Shown: piece by piece, positions 1 to 9,419 of the stretch | How the letters are laid out: each line of letters begins with the position of its first letter | How positions within the stretch are numbered: position 1 is the first letter of the stretch | NCBI GenBank assembly: GCA_034530875.2 | Contig: JAVRCJ020000002.1 | Location: forward strand, 1 to 64,000 | DNA from: Nostoc sp. DedSLP01 | GTDB lineage: Bacteria; Cyanobacteriota; Cyanobacteriia; Cyanobacteriales; Nostocaceae | Direction: 5' to 3' | Length of the DNA stretch: 64,000 nucleotides | Made by a program: the position numbers and the translations under genes | Notes under the pieces: model-generated | Told to the model about the DNA's origin: nothing | What the model saw: the letters and a program-made list of their open reading frames with translations, nothing else | The model's database searches: none

Positions 1-147
1 GCCTTGGCAAGGGGAGGGGAGGTTTTGGCTTTAGACAAAACCGGGGAGGGGTGACGCGGATGGTGATATTGAATGAGCGAATTCAAAACTACGTCATGAT
101 AAAGGTTTCATGTTAAGTTGACACCAATGACGGCTGTATGTCCCTAC
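1..147. repeat. Partial GC-rich dispersed repeat / MITE-like end, cut by the window edge
   Basis: G-rich palindromic blocks (CCTTGGCAAGGGGAGGGG, GGTTTTG-N8-CAAAACC) followed by GGTTTCATGTTAAGTTGACACCAATG and a ...CCCTAC REP-like half; resembles intergenic repeats of Nostocales. Confidence 0.4.
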
Positions 148-271
148 AATAATTACTGTAAAAATTCAGGAATTATTAGATAAAATACCCATACAATCTA
201 ACAATAAAGCTATGTCAATGCATCATCAACCTAGACAACATTACCTGAAAATAAGGTATATTGCAGAGTTT

Positions 272-1165
272 ATGAAAAGACATTTCAAAAAAGTTTGGCT
301 CTTTATCGGTTTAACTTTTTTCTTTAACTATTTATTAGTGATTCTCTACCTAGCATTAGGTGGTAAATGGGTCGTGCCTGGTTCGTCGATTGTAACTATA
401 GCTTATATGTTTATTCCTATGATTGTTGCTGTAGTTATCCAGAAATTTATTTATCACGAACCATTGCAAAAACCATTAGGAATTTCTTTTCAATTCAATT
501 GGTGGTTTTTGGTAGCATGGTTATTGCCACCAACAATAGCATTTATTACTTTTGCAGTTAGCTTACTTTTTCCTGGAGTTGAATATTCTCCAGAAATGGC
601 AGGGCTATTTGTACAGCTAGAAAACGTACTCTCTCCAGAAAAGTTGCAGCAAGTAAAAACTCAAATCGCAACTTTGCCAATTCCATTGATTTGGATTAGT
701 TTAATACAGGGTTTAATAGCAGGTGTAACTATTAATGCTATTGCCGCTTTTGGTGAAGAATTAGGTTGGAGAGGATTGCTACAAAAAGAACTGAACTTTC
801 TCGGCTTCTGGAAATCATCAGCTATTATTGGTTTGATTTGGGGAATATGGCACGCCCCAATAATTATCCAAGGACATAATTATCCTCAGCACCCATTATT
901 AGGTGTCTTGATGATGACAATTTTTACTCTCTTGTTTTCACCAATTTTTAGCTATATCAGACAAAAATCCCAATCTGTAATTGCTACCTCAATTCTACAT
1001 GGAACGCTGAATGCTACAGCAGGACTTTCTGTTTTAGCACTCAAAGGAGGTAACGATTTAACAGTTGGTGTTACAGGATTGGCTGGTTTTATAGCGCTAA
1101 TAACTGTAAATATCTGTTTATTTCTTTATGACAATACTCAGTCTAAGCAGTCATTGATAAAGTAA
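272..1165 (+). CDS. CPBP/Abi (CAAX type II) intramembrane metalloprotease
   Basis: GEELGWRG, WGIWH and HGTLN motifs; multiple hydrophobic helices; ATG at 272 preferred over ORF start 212. Confidence 0.9.
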   Translation: MKRHFKKVWLFIGLTFFFNYLLVILYLALGGKWVVPGSSIVTIAYMFIPMIVAVVIQKFIYHEPLQKPLGISFQFNWWFLVAWLLPPTIAFITFAVSLLFPGVEYSPEMAGLFVQLENVLSPEKLQQVKTQIATLPIPLIWISLIQGLIAGVTINAIAAFGEELGWRGLLQKELNFLGFWKSSAIIGLIWGIWHAPIIIQGHNYPQHPLLGVLMMTIFTLLFSPIFSYIRQKSQSVIATSILHGTLNATAGLSVLALKGGNDLTVGVTGLAGFIALITVNICLFLYDNTQSKQSLIK

Positions 1166-1193
1166 AATATTACAAATAAATTATCTAATTTTA

Positions 1194-1220
1194 TGGGGTG
1201 GACATATTGCCCGCCCCATA
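1194..1220. repeat. REP-like GC hairpin between convergent genes
   Basis: TGGGGTGGACA-TAT-TGCCCGCCCCA imperfect palindrome. Confidence 0.5.
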
Positions 1221-1266
1221 AAGTTAATGGAATATTTTTATTTAAAAAATCCGAAAAGCTTTATTG

Positions 1267-2007
1267 TTACGAACTAAAAACAGGCAGAAATTCAAATTTT
1301 TCAATTTGTGACTTTAACCAGTGAGTAAATAAGTCTGTCAGAATTTGACGAGAAAGTTTATTATCTAACTCTGGTTGAATGATTTCCTCAACTAAGATTA
1401 AATGTATTCCCTTAGAAGTAACTATGGGTTTGAGAAGTTGAGGAGGTTTAGCAGCAAAAACCGCAGCAGAAATCTCCGGCTTCAAATCTTTACGGTACAA
1501 TTTACCCCGATAACCTAATTTTCGGCGTAATTCTTTATCTTCAATATATTTGTGAGCGACATCATAAAAACTAATTTCGCCTTCTTGGATAGCATAAAAT
1601 AGCTCTAGAGACAAATCTTCATCGTCTAAAACAACTTCATAGAGCAAGACTGTAGCATAATCTAGTTGATGTTCAAAGAAATATTGTTCAACTTTATCTC
1701 CAAATAGATACGCGGCTAATTTTCCAGAGATAACAGTGTTGTAAACTAATTCTTCAAAATTATCTAGAGATAAACTATGTTTTTCTAACCACGCCCAAGT
1801 ATCATCAGCATTATTAAGTTGTTGGGCGAGTCGTATTTGGTCTGCTGTTTGTTGTAGTTCTTCAGTTTCTACTTTTATGCCTGCTTTTTCTACCTCATTT
1901 TTGATAATTTGCAGAGTAATAATATCTTCGACTATCTCAGGCATTTTACAAGATAATTTTACCTGATTAAGAATATCTTCTTTAGTAATAGTAAGAGGTT
2001 GTGCCAT
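1267..2007 (-). CDS. PpiC/SurA-type peptidylprolyl isomerase associated with a peptide exporter
   Basis: SFYDVAHKY...GYRG...LKPEISAAVF...GIHLILVEE rotamase-like pattern; directly downstream of HlyD and a C39 ABC transporter. Confidence 0.85.
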   Translation of the reverse strand: MAQPLTITKEDILNQVKLSCKMPEIVEDIITLQIIKNEVEKAGIKVETEELQQTADQIRLAQQLNNADDTWAWLEKHSLSLDNFEELVYNTVISGKLAAYLFGDKVEQYFFEHQLDYATVLLYEVVLDDEDLSLELFYAIQEGEISFYDVAHKYIEDKELRRKLGYRGKLYRKDLKPEISAAVFAAKPPQLLKPIVTSKGIHLILVEEIIQPELDNKLSRQILTDLFTHWLKSQIEKFEFLPVFSS

Positions 2008-2158
2008 GAGATGCTCCTTAATAAATAAAAAGATTAAAAGAGAATTGAGAATTCAGAATACAATTAGTAAGGAAATTTAGCTGATTCTGCGCCATAACAG
2101 TTTTACTCATCATGAGACTAAAGATGCAAGTGTAAAAAGAGATTATTATAATAATTTG

Positions 2159-3685
2159 TTACAATTTCACGCCTCCTTGCTGCAATTTTTTAAATGGATC
2201 GAGTAGAAAATCAATAATTCGCCGCTGGCGCACAATTACTTCAGCTGTTGCTGTATCTCCAGGGCGCAAGGGAATACACTTATTGGCTGAGGGAATACAA
2301 TTTTGTTTTAAAGAAATATCTAAGTTATAAGCTGCTACTTTTCCATTAGGTGTATCGACCTCGATGGTAGTAGGAGAAATCTTGATTAATTCCCCTGGTA
2401 TAACACCGTAATCTTGAAATGGATAAGCATCAAACTTGAGTTTTACAGGTAATCCTGTGTGCAAAGAACCACTTTCAGTAGTTGCCATTTGTGCCCGAAT
2501 TATTAAAGGCGAATTTAGCGATGCAATCTCCGCCACCATTGTCCCAGGTTGCACAACAGAACCAGCTTTTTCAATCGGCAAATGAAATAATGTACCGCTA
2601 CTAGTAGCTCTGATTTCTCGTTGTCCTAACTGAAATCTTAATGCTAAGATTTGCCTTTTATTTTGAGCAATCTCTGATTGTAATGCAGTAATTTCAGTCT
2701 CCAAGCTTTTCTGTTGTTCTGCAATTTTTAGCACGGCTAGTTGACCAGAACGGGACAAAGTTTCAGAACTCCTTTCTTGTTCTTGCAATTGCAACTTAGC
2801 CTGTTCTATATCAGCATTAGTTTGGCGAATACTGCGCTCGTAATTACTTTTTTGTTCTGCTAAAGTTAATTGGGCTTGTTCGATATCAGACCTACTTTGT
2901 TCGTAGAGTTTTTGTTTTTCTTTAGCTATATCTTGTTTTTCGACGACATTAATTTCTGGAACCACTCCTTCTTTATTTAACTTGCTATAGCGTTCAACCT
3001 CGCGCTGAGTACTAATTAAAGTACTTTCAACTAATTTACTACTAGTTCGGCTATGCTCCAAAGCTTTTTGTGCTTGATTAACTTGAGCTAATTTTTCTTC
3101 TTTTTGTAATTGATATGCATTCTTTAAAGTAAGTAAATTCTGGCGTGCTTGGTCGATTTGGGTCTGCTTTTCTAACTGTTGAGATTGATTTTGTTGCTGT
3201 TGAGTTGCTAATGATACAAATAATTGATTTTTAGATGCATTTAACTGAGCAAGTCGATTTAATTGTCCTTCTAATCTGTCCTGTGCTTGCTGCAAATCTG
3301 ATTTGACTAATTCCGATTCTAAAACCAATAAAGTTTGTCCAGCTTTTACTAAATCACCTTCTTTAACTCGAATTTCGGCAACAGTTCCGCCCACAGCAGC
3401 ATCGAGTTTAATTGTTTTTTCTTTCGGTTCAGTTCGTCCTCTAGCGGTACCAGTTTCATCGACTTTAAATAACATTGCCCAAGGTAAGGCTATAGACACA
3501 AATATCACTAAAAAATATAGTAAACCTCTCGTCCAAAGCTGAGGAAAGCTATCAAGTGATTCCTTGGTAATCTCAGACCAATCATCAATTGGCTTGACTG
3601 GAATTTCTGGCTCTAAAATTTCCTGCTCAAATATTTCTTCTGGTAGTGAGTTTGTCACTCGTCCATTCAATATAGTATTTGGCAT
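2159..3685 (-). CDS. HlyD-family membrane fusion (secretion) protein
   Basis: N-terminal TM helix, GGTVAEIRVKEGDLVKAGQ lipoyl-like motif, long coiled coil, VKLKFDAYPFQDYG, LRPGDTATAEV. Confidence 0.92.
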   Translation of the reverse strand: MPNTILNGRVTNSLPEEIFEQEILEPEIPVKPIDDWSEITKESLDSFPQLWTRGLLYFLVIFVSIALPWAMLFKVDETGTARGRTEPKEKTIKLDAAVGGTVAEIRVKEGDLVKAGQTLLVLESELVKSDLQQAQDRLEGQLNRLAQLNASKNQLFVSLATQQQQNQSQQLEKQTQIDQARQNLLTLKNAYQLQKEEKLAQVNQAQKALEHSRTSSKLVESTLISTQREVERYSKLNKEGVVPEINVVEKQDIAKEKQKLYEQSRSDIEQAQLTLAEQKSNYERSIRQTNADIEQAKLQLQEQERSSETLSRSGQLAVLKIAEQQKSLETEITALQSEIAQNKRQILALRFQLGQREIRATSSGTLFHLPIEKAGSVVQPGTMVAEIASLNSPLIIRAQMATTESGSLHTGLPVKLKFDAYPFQDYGVIPGELIKISPTTIEVDTPNGKVAAYNLDISLKQNCIPSANKCIPLRPGDTATAEVIVRQRRIIDFLLDPFKKLQQGGVKL

Positions 3686-3758
3686 AACTATCCTTGATAG
3701 ATATTTTTAAAAGTGGATAATTTATCAATCTTAATTAATAATTTTATGTTTTTATAGT

Positions 3759-6488
3759 TTATGCTGCCACCTGTAACTGCTGTTGATTGAGATAGAAATA
3801 ATGTCCCCGCTTCGCCATCAATTCTTCATGATTTCCACTTTCTAGTAGAACACCTCGGTCTAGTACCAAAATTAAATCGGCATTGCGAATTGTAGAAAGA
3901 CGATGTGCAATTACTAAAGTGGTTCTTCCTCTGAGGATTGTATTGAAGTTCTGTTGAATAATTCTCTCTGATTCCGTATCTAAGTGAGAAGTTGCTTCAT
4001 CTAAAACTAATAGTTGGGGATTACCTAATAAAGCCCTGGCAATAGCGATTCTTTGTCTTTGTCCGCCAGATAATAATCCGCCGCCTTCACCAATTTGGGT
4101 TTCATATCCCATTGGTAACTTTTTAATAAATTCATCAGCACCCGCAAGTTTTCCTGCTTGGATTACCTCTTCTAAACTTGCCCCAGGATGCCCTAAGCTA
4201 ATATTGTCTCGAATTGTGCCGCCAAACAAAAAGGTATCTTGGTCAACTACCCCGACTTGCTGGCGTAGGGAACTTAAGGAAATACTCGTAATATCTTGTC
4301 CATCAATCAAAATTTTGCCGTCTGTTGGAGGATACATTCCTAAAACTAACTTAGAAATAGTAGTTTTTCCGGAACCGCTACGCCCTACCAGTGCTACCAT
4401 TTGCCCTGGTTTAACTTCAAAACTGAGATTTTCTAAGATATTGATATCGCTGTCTGCATGATAGCGAAATGTGACTTTTTCAAAGCGGATATTACCTTTG
4501 ATTTTTGGTAAATTTTGCCGTGGCTGATGATGTAAATCTTCTTCTGGTTCGGCGTCTAATACATCATTAATACGTTCCATTGCTATCACAACTTCCTGGA
4601 ATTGATTCCACAAGACAGTTAAGCGTTGAAAGGGAGTAATAATATTACCCAATAGCATATTAAATGCCACTAGTTGTCCAATAGTTAATTCGTTATGAAT
4701 CACTTGGTAAGCACCAAACCATAGCAAACCAGTAGTCATCAGTGCATGAATTGTATTACTAAAAATTTGCAAGCGGTTGTTAATAATTTGACCGGAAAAG
4801 TTAGTTTTTACTTCTTTATTTAATAACTCTTCCCAATGCCAGCGCACTGTTTGTTCTACAGCGGTTGCTTTGACTGTCCGCACACCAGTTAAGGCTTCAA
4901 TTAGATAACTACTTTCTTTGGCAACAGCATTAAATATTTCCCGCGAAATTTTTTGTAAAAAAGGTGTGGCTATTAATGCCAATAATGCAAAAGGTGGGAT
5001 AATTAACAATGATAGCAACGCCATTTTCCAACTGTACCAAAACATTAATCCCACATAGATAAAAACGGTGAGTAAATCTAGCAGGATTGATAATGCTTCA
5101 CCAGAAAGAAAGCGTTGGATTTTGCGATTTTCTTGGACGCGGGAAATAATATCTCCCACATAACGGGACTCGAAAAAACTCAAGGGTAGCCGTAGAGTAT
5201 GGCGAATGAATCCGACGATTAGCGCTAGGTCTATGCGATTGGCTGTGTGGTCTAGGAGATATTGCCGTAACCCTGTCATTGCGACTCGAAACAGGTTAAA
5301 CATCAGCAATCCGATTCCCACGGCAGTTAAGGTGAGTTCCGATCGCTGCACAACCACCCGGTCTAAAATTAACTGTGTAAATAAGGGAGTTATAAGTCCA
5401 AATATCTGGATAAATATTGAAGCAACAAACACCTCTAGCATTACCAAAGCGTGAGGCTTCATCAATTCAAAGAACTGCCAAAAAGGTGTAGAACTTTCTT
5501 GAGTTTCTTTGAGTACGGCTGTTGGTTGCAACAGCAATGCGTAACCAGTCCAGCCGACTTTAAATTCGGCGTGAGTAAGGGTGCGTTGGCCGATCGCTGG
5601 GTCGGCTACAATTACATGTTTGGGTGTAACTTCGTAGACAACTATGTAATGTTTGCCTTCCCAATGCACGATCGCTGGTAAAGTTTGTTTGGCTAACTGT
5701 TTCAAACCAGCTTTTACAGGTCGTGTGGCAAAACCCAAGCTTTCTGCCGCTACTAATAAGCCACGCAAAGATGCACCGTTGCGGTCAACATTGGCGATAT
5801 CTCGCAAGCGATTCACACTAAAGCGTTTCCCCCAATAGCGAGACACCATCACTAAACAAGCTGCACCGCAGTCCGATGCACTCTGTTGGGCAAAAAACGG
5901 ATAGCGCCGCGTCACTCGCTGCCATAAATGCCCGACTTGCTGCGTGGGGTTGGGAAAATAGGCTTTGCTAATTTTCTTACCCTGCGGTACATCGACTGGC
6001 TGTGACAAAATCTCTGTTTCTGAATACGTATTTGTCTCAACCGTGTTGACAGCAGAATTACCTAATTCTAATTGTTGGGGATTGCGAGATAGTGCCCTAG
6101 CCCACAAATTTTCTCGAATTTGCGGATATTTAGCCATTAAAGACCACAGCACTTCACCGGGAATAAAACACAGTTGTAAATTTACTGAGGCTCTGGCAGC
6201 ATAAGGCTGAAAGTTTGTATCTGGGAATAAGGTAAATTCTCCGAATGAATCTCCAGTTTCTAAAGTGGCGATTAATTCATCGGCGCTATCGAGCAATCTT
6301 ACCTTGCCAGCGATCGCAATATAAATACCCGGTTCAACATCAGTACCCTGCCAAAATTTGCCGACTTTGGGGTTGCTTTGTTGAAATTGCGGCAGGTATT
6401 GTTCAAATTCTTCTTTAGAAAGAGAATGCCCCAGAATATTGTTGAGTTGTTCTAGATAAAGCAACTGGTTGGATATTTTCTGCGCCAT
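3759..6488 (-). CDS. Peptidase-containing ABC transporter (cNMP-binding + C39 peptidase + TMD + NBD; HetC-like)
   Basis: GDSFGEF cNMP-like segment; QQSASDCGAACL catalytic Cys and HYIVV His; Walker A GRSGSGKT; LSGGQRQR; LDEATS. Confidence 0.95.
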   Translation of the reverse strand: MAQKISNQLLYLEQLNNILGHSLSKEEFEQYLPQFQQSNPKVGKFWQGTDVEPGIYIAIAGKVRLLDSADELIATLETGDSFGEFTLFPDTNFQPYAARASVNLQLCFIPGEVLWSLMAKYPQIRENLWARALSRNPQQLELGNSAVNTVETNTYSETEILSQPVDVPQGKKISKAYFPNPTQQVGHLWQRVTRRYPFFAQQSASDCGAACLVMVSRYWGKRFSVNRLRDIANVDRNGASLRGLLVAAESLGFATRPVKAGLKQLAKQTLPAIVHWEGKHYIVVYEVTPKHVIVADPAIGQRTLTHAEFKVGWTGYALLLQPTAVLKETQESSTPFWQFFELMKPHALVMLEVFVASIFIQIFGLITPLFTQLILDRVVVQRSELTLTAVGIGLLMFNLFRVAMTGLRQYLLDHTANRIDLALIVGFIRHTLRLPLSFFESRYVGDIISRVQENRKIQRFLSGEALSILLDLLTVFIYVGLMFWYSWKMALLSLLIIPPFALLALIATPFLQKISREIFNAVAKESSYLIEALTGVRTVKATAVEQTVRWHWEELLNKEVKTNFSGQIINNRLQIFSNTIHALMTTGLLWFGAYQVIHNELTIGQLVAFNMLLGNIITPFQRLTVLWNQFQEVVIAMERINDVLDAEPEEDLHHQPRQNLPKIKGNIRFEKVTFRYHADSDINILENLSFEVKPGQMVALVGRSGSGKTTISKLVLGMYPPTDGKILIDGQDITSISLSSLRQQVGVVDQDTFLFGGTIRDNISLGHPGASLEEVIQAGKLAGADEFIKKLPMGYETQIGEGGGLLSGGQRQRIAIARALLGNPQLLVLDEATSHLDTESERIIQQNFNTILRGRTTLVIAHRLSTIRNADLILVLDRGVLLESGNHEELMAKRGHYFYLNQQQLQVAA

Positions 6489-7104
6489 TATGCGAATCTT
6501 TTGCTAATTTTGCAAAGTTAATAGGTAAGAGTTCGGAATCATCTGCAATTGTTACTGATTTGAGATCGCCAATCAAAATTTTGTGACCTTGAGTTTGCTC
6601 GTTGCTGCTGGCTTCGGTATTATTGGCTTTTGGCCGTGTCGATAACCCCATTTGTTTGAGCAGCCGCTTGAGATGGCGATCGCTTACCTCAATGCCAAAT
6701 TCTTTTGCCAAATGTTTCACTAACCAGTTTGCTGTCCACCGCCGAAAAGAATAGCCATAATCTCGCGGACTATTTCTCATCAGTTCTTTCAAACGTTCTA
6801 AATACTCGTCATTTATTGCTTTCGGGCGACCAATCGGGCAATCTTGCCATTGATGCGCCATCCCCATTTTTGCTATGTGCGTCCAATGCCGTGCTGTTGC
6901 CGGACAACACCCCAAAATTTGACAAATCTCTGTTTGAGTTTTTCCTTCATCTGCCAACAACATAATTTCAATGCGTTGTTGATAAGATTCAGGGAAATTT
7001 TTACGCAAATTCACCAGCAGTAATTTTCGTTGAAATGAAGTTAAATATTTACCGCTAATTACGTCAGTATTAATTGTTTGGACTTTCGTTTCGCAGTCAG
7101 ACAT
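6415..7104 (-). CDS. Helix-turn-helix protein resembling the IS630 transposase N-terminus (no DDE domain)
   Basis: RIEIMLLADEG..TEICQILGC..TARHW, GRPK, SPRDYGY..RRWT..WL..HL, LKRLLKQMGLS pattern; ATG at 7104; overlaps the transporter start. Confidence 0.8.
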   Translation of the reverse strand: MSDCETKVQTINTDVISGKYLTSFQRKLLLVNLRKNFPESYQQRIEIMLLADEGKTQTEICQILGCCPATARHWTHIAKMGMAHQWQDCPIGRPKAINDEYLERLKELMRNSPRDYGYSFRRWTANWLVKHLAKEFGIEVSDRHLKRLLKQMGLSTRPKANNTEASSNEQTQGHKILIGDLKSVTIADDSELLPINFAKLAKDSHNGAENIQPVALSRTTQQYSGAFSF

Positions 7105-7581
7105 ATACGTAAAATTACTTATATTCAAAACAGGGTGATATATTATGCCCAATGCATATTATGGCAATTATATGCAAGCTCAAGTATAAATCAGGAGAGA
7201 AATTGCAAAATGTGATTTTTGTTATCTCTGTAACACTTATCACTCTTTGCTTTTTATTTTATGCAAGAAAAATAATTTATAAAAGTGATATTAGTCACTA
7301 CTGGTTTTGGTTACTGCTTTTTAAGGATAGATTAAGCTACAAATCGGATTTGTAAATTCCGAAAATAGTTGTTAAAGTTTGATAAACTTTTTGTAAAGAA
7401 AAATCAACTTGTGCTGAAGACAGGAAAAAGAAATTGTGGCGGGATTACCGGCACTTATCCTGTCTACCTACTTAAGGTTTTATGTATAAGTAGTTTCCAG
7501 AAATTGATTTTTTTAGATTAAATAACAATCGGGGAAAACTAGGGGAGACAAATTATACTAATTCCAAATTAAAAACTTACA

Positions 7582-7611
7582 CCTGCCTCCTGCCTCCTGC
7601 CTCCTGCCTTC
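7582..7611. repeat. Heptameric tandem repeat (CCTGCCT)n, STRR type
   Basis: acctgcctcctgcctcctgcctcctgccttc. Confidence 0.8.
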
Positions 7612-7624
7612 TACTCATAACAGC

Positions 7625-8788
7625 TTAAAGTTCTAGTAAAGGCAAGGTGACGGTGAAGGTCGTACCTACTCCAACTTGACTATTGACTACAATCTCGCCA
7701 CCGTAGGTATCGATACACTTTTTGGCGATCGCTAGTCCTAAGCCGGTACCAGGAATGTTTCCCACATTGTCTGCACGCCGAAAAGGCTCAAACAGTCGCT
7801 TTTGGTCTTGTTCAGGAATGCCAATTCCCCAGTCTTGAACTCGGAAAATTACTGTTTTTTCCTGGCCAATTAGTTCAAAGCGCACCATACCGCCTGGTAA
7901 TGAATACTTAATAGCATTGTTAAGTAAATTGCCCAAAATGTGCCGCAACAAACTTTCATCCCATAGTCCTTGTCCTATTTGCCCAAAACTCCCGAATACT
8001 AAAGTTAGGCGCTTCTCGCTAGCAGCTAATTGAGCTTCATCAATGAGCAGGCGGCAAAAGGCTTGCAAATCCAGGGAGATGAGTTCGCAATGCAGCCTCC
8101 CAGAATCAGCTTTACCTATGAATGAAACTTCATCTAATAGCTGGGCGACATTTTTGATTGCCGAGCGAATCATCTGCAAATGATTAAATTTTTTCTCTTT
8201 AGTTAATTTTTCATCGTGATTTTGTAGCAATCCAGCAGCCAACAGAATAGTATTTAGCGGATTGCGAATGTCATGGGAGAGCATCGAGACAAATTCAGAT
8301 TTGAACTGATTGAGTTCTTTAGCTTTCACCAGCTCGGCAGTTCGTTCTTCGACTCGAGTTTGTAACGTTTGATTAACCGTGCGTAATGATTCTAAAACCT
8401 GCTTGCGTTCGATCGCATATCGGAGCGATCGCACCAATACATCTGGGCTGACTTGCCGCTTGACTAAATAATCTTGTGCGCCTTGTCGTACTGCCTCAAT
8501 TGCCAATTTTTCATCATTAGTATTAGTGAGAACAACAATCGGTATACTTGGCGCTTGGCTAATCAAAGGAGGCAGAGATAATAATCCTTGACTATCAGGT
8601 AGAGTTAAATCTAACAAAATCACATCATAGAGGCTTGTACTTAATTCCTTAAGTGCTTCCCCCAATCGCTTCACATGAAGCAAACTAAACTCTTCGGACT
8701 GGGCTTGCTTGAGAAATTCTTGTAACAACCTAGCTTCTGCTAGATTGTCCTCAATTAACAAGATTTTTACTAAGTAGCTCCCAGTCAT
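7625..8788 (-). CDS. Hybrid REC-histidine kinase, third gene of the phytochrome operon
   Basis: N-terminal receiver (LLIEDN, DVILLDLTLPD), H-box SHDIRNPL, NAIKY, GTGLGLAI. Confidence 0.9.
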   Translation of the reverse strand: MTGSYLVKILLIEDNLAEARLLQEFLKQAQSEEFSLLHVKRLGEALKELSTSLYDVILLDLTLPDSQGLLSLPPLISQAPSIPIVVLTNTNDEKLAIEAVRQGAQDYLVKRQVSPDVLVRSLRYAIERKQVLESLRTVNQTLQTRVEERTAELVKAKELNQFKSEFVSMLSHDIRNPLNTILLAAGLLQNHDEKLTKEKKFNHLQMIRSAIKNVAQLLDEVSFIGKADSGRLHCELISLDLQAFCRLLIDEAQLAASEKRLTLVFGSFGQIGQGLWDESLLRHILGNLLNNAIKYSLPGGMVRFELIGQEKTVIFRVQDWGIGIPEQDQKRLFEPFRRADNVGNIPGTGLGLAIAKKCIDTYGGEIVVNSQVGVGTTFTVTLPLLEL

Positions 8789-8823
8789 AGTTTTCAAGTT
8801 CACCCCCTGGAAAGTTTTGAGTT

Positions 8824-8972
8824 GTCATTGGGCATTGAGCAAAACCCTTCGGGTAGGGAAAAGGGAAAAGGGGTAAAGACAGGGGATGTATATGAAAGGT
8901 AAAAGGGATGTATGTAGGCTTTATTCCCTTTCCCCTTGCCCCTTTCCCTTTGTCCCCTTGTCTCCCCATCCC
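8824..8972. repeat. STRR-type heptamer repeats forming an inverted purine/pyrimidine pair
   Basis: GGGAAAA/GGGTAAA tract followed by TTCCCCT-type tract. Confidence 0.6.
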
Positions 8973-9419
8973 TCATTCAGATGGTAGCGTTACAGTACTA
9001 AGCCAAAAATCTTCAATACTTTTGACGATTTGGAATAGTTGGTTGAGGTTGCGGGATTTAGTGATGTAACAATTTACATGCAAATTGTAGCTGTGATAAA
9101 TGTCATCCTCATTTTTTGAGGTTGTTAACACAACTACTGGAATACGTTTTAGTGCTGGGTCGGCTTTAATTTCCGCCAGCACTTCTCGACCATCTTTTTT
9201 GGGCAAATTCAAATCCAGCAATATCAGGTCAGGGCGCGGTGCATTGGCATATTCACCTTCTTGGCGTAAATATGCCATAGCATCTATGCCATCCCTAACT
9301 ATTACCACCTCATGTGGCACCAAGCTATTTTTTAATGCTTCTTGAATCAAGCGGATATCAGCTTTATTGTCCTCGACCAAAAAGATGGTTTTGTGTTTTT
9401 CTCCCGTTTCTACGCTCAA
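8973..9419 (-). CDS. rcp1: Single-domain response regulator of the phytochrome (Rcp1/RcpA)
   Basis: [39 protein letters not shown]; probable TTG start at 9419 overlapping the phytochrome 3' end. Confidence 0.9.
   Translation of the reverse strand: MSVETGEKHKTIFLVEDNKADIRLIQEALKNSLVPHEVVIVRDGIDAMAYLRQEGEYANAPRPDLILLDLNLPKKDGREVLAEIKADPALKRIPVVVLTTSKNEDDIYHSYNLHVNCYITKSRNLNQLFQIVKSIEDFWLSTVTLPSE

Noticed and set aside
6415..7152. Active IS630 insertion sequence
   Set aside because: Only the HTH part is present; no DDE domain or terminal inverted repeats seen
7152..7355. 67-aa plus-strand ORF as bacteriocin precursor
   Set aside because: AT-rich, no double-glycine leader, and lies over the likely promoter region
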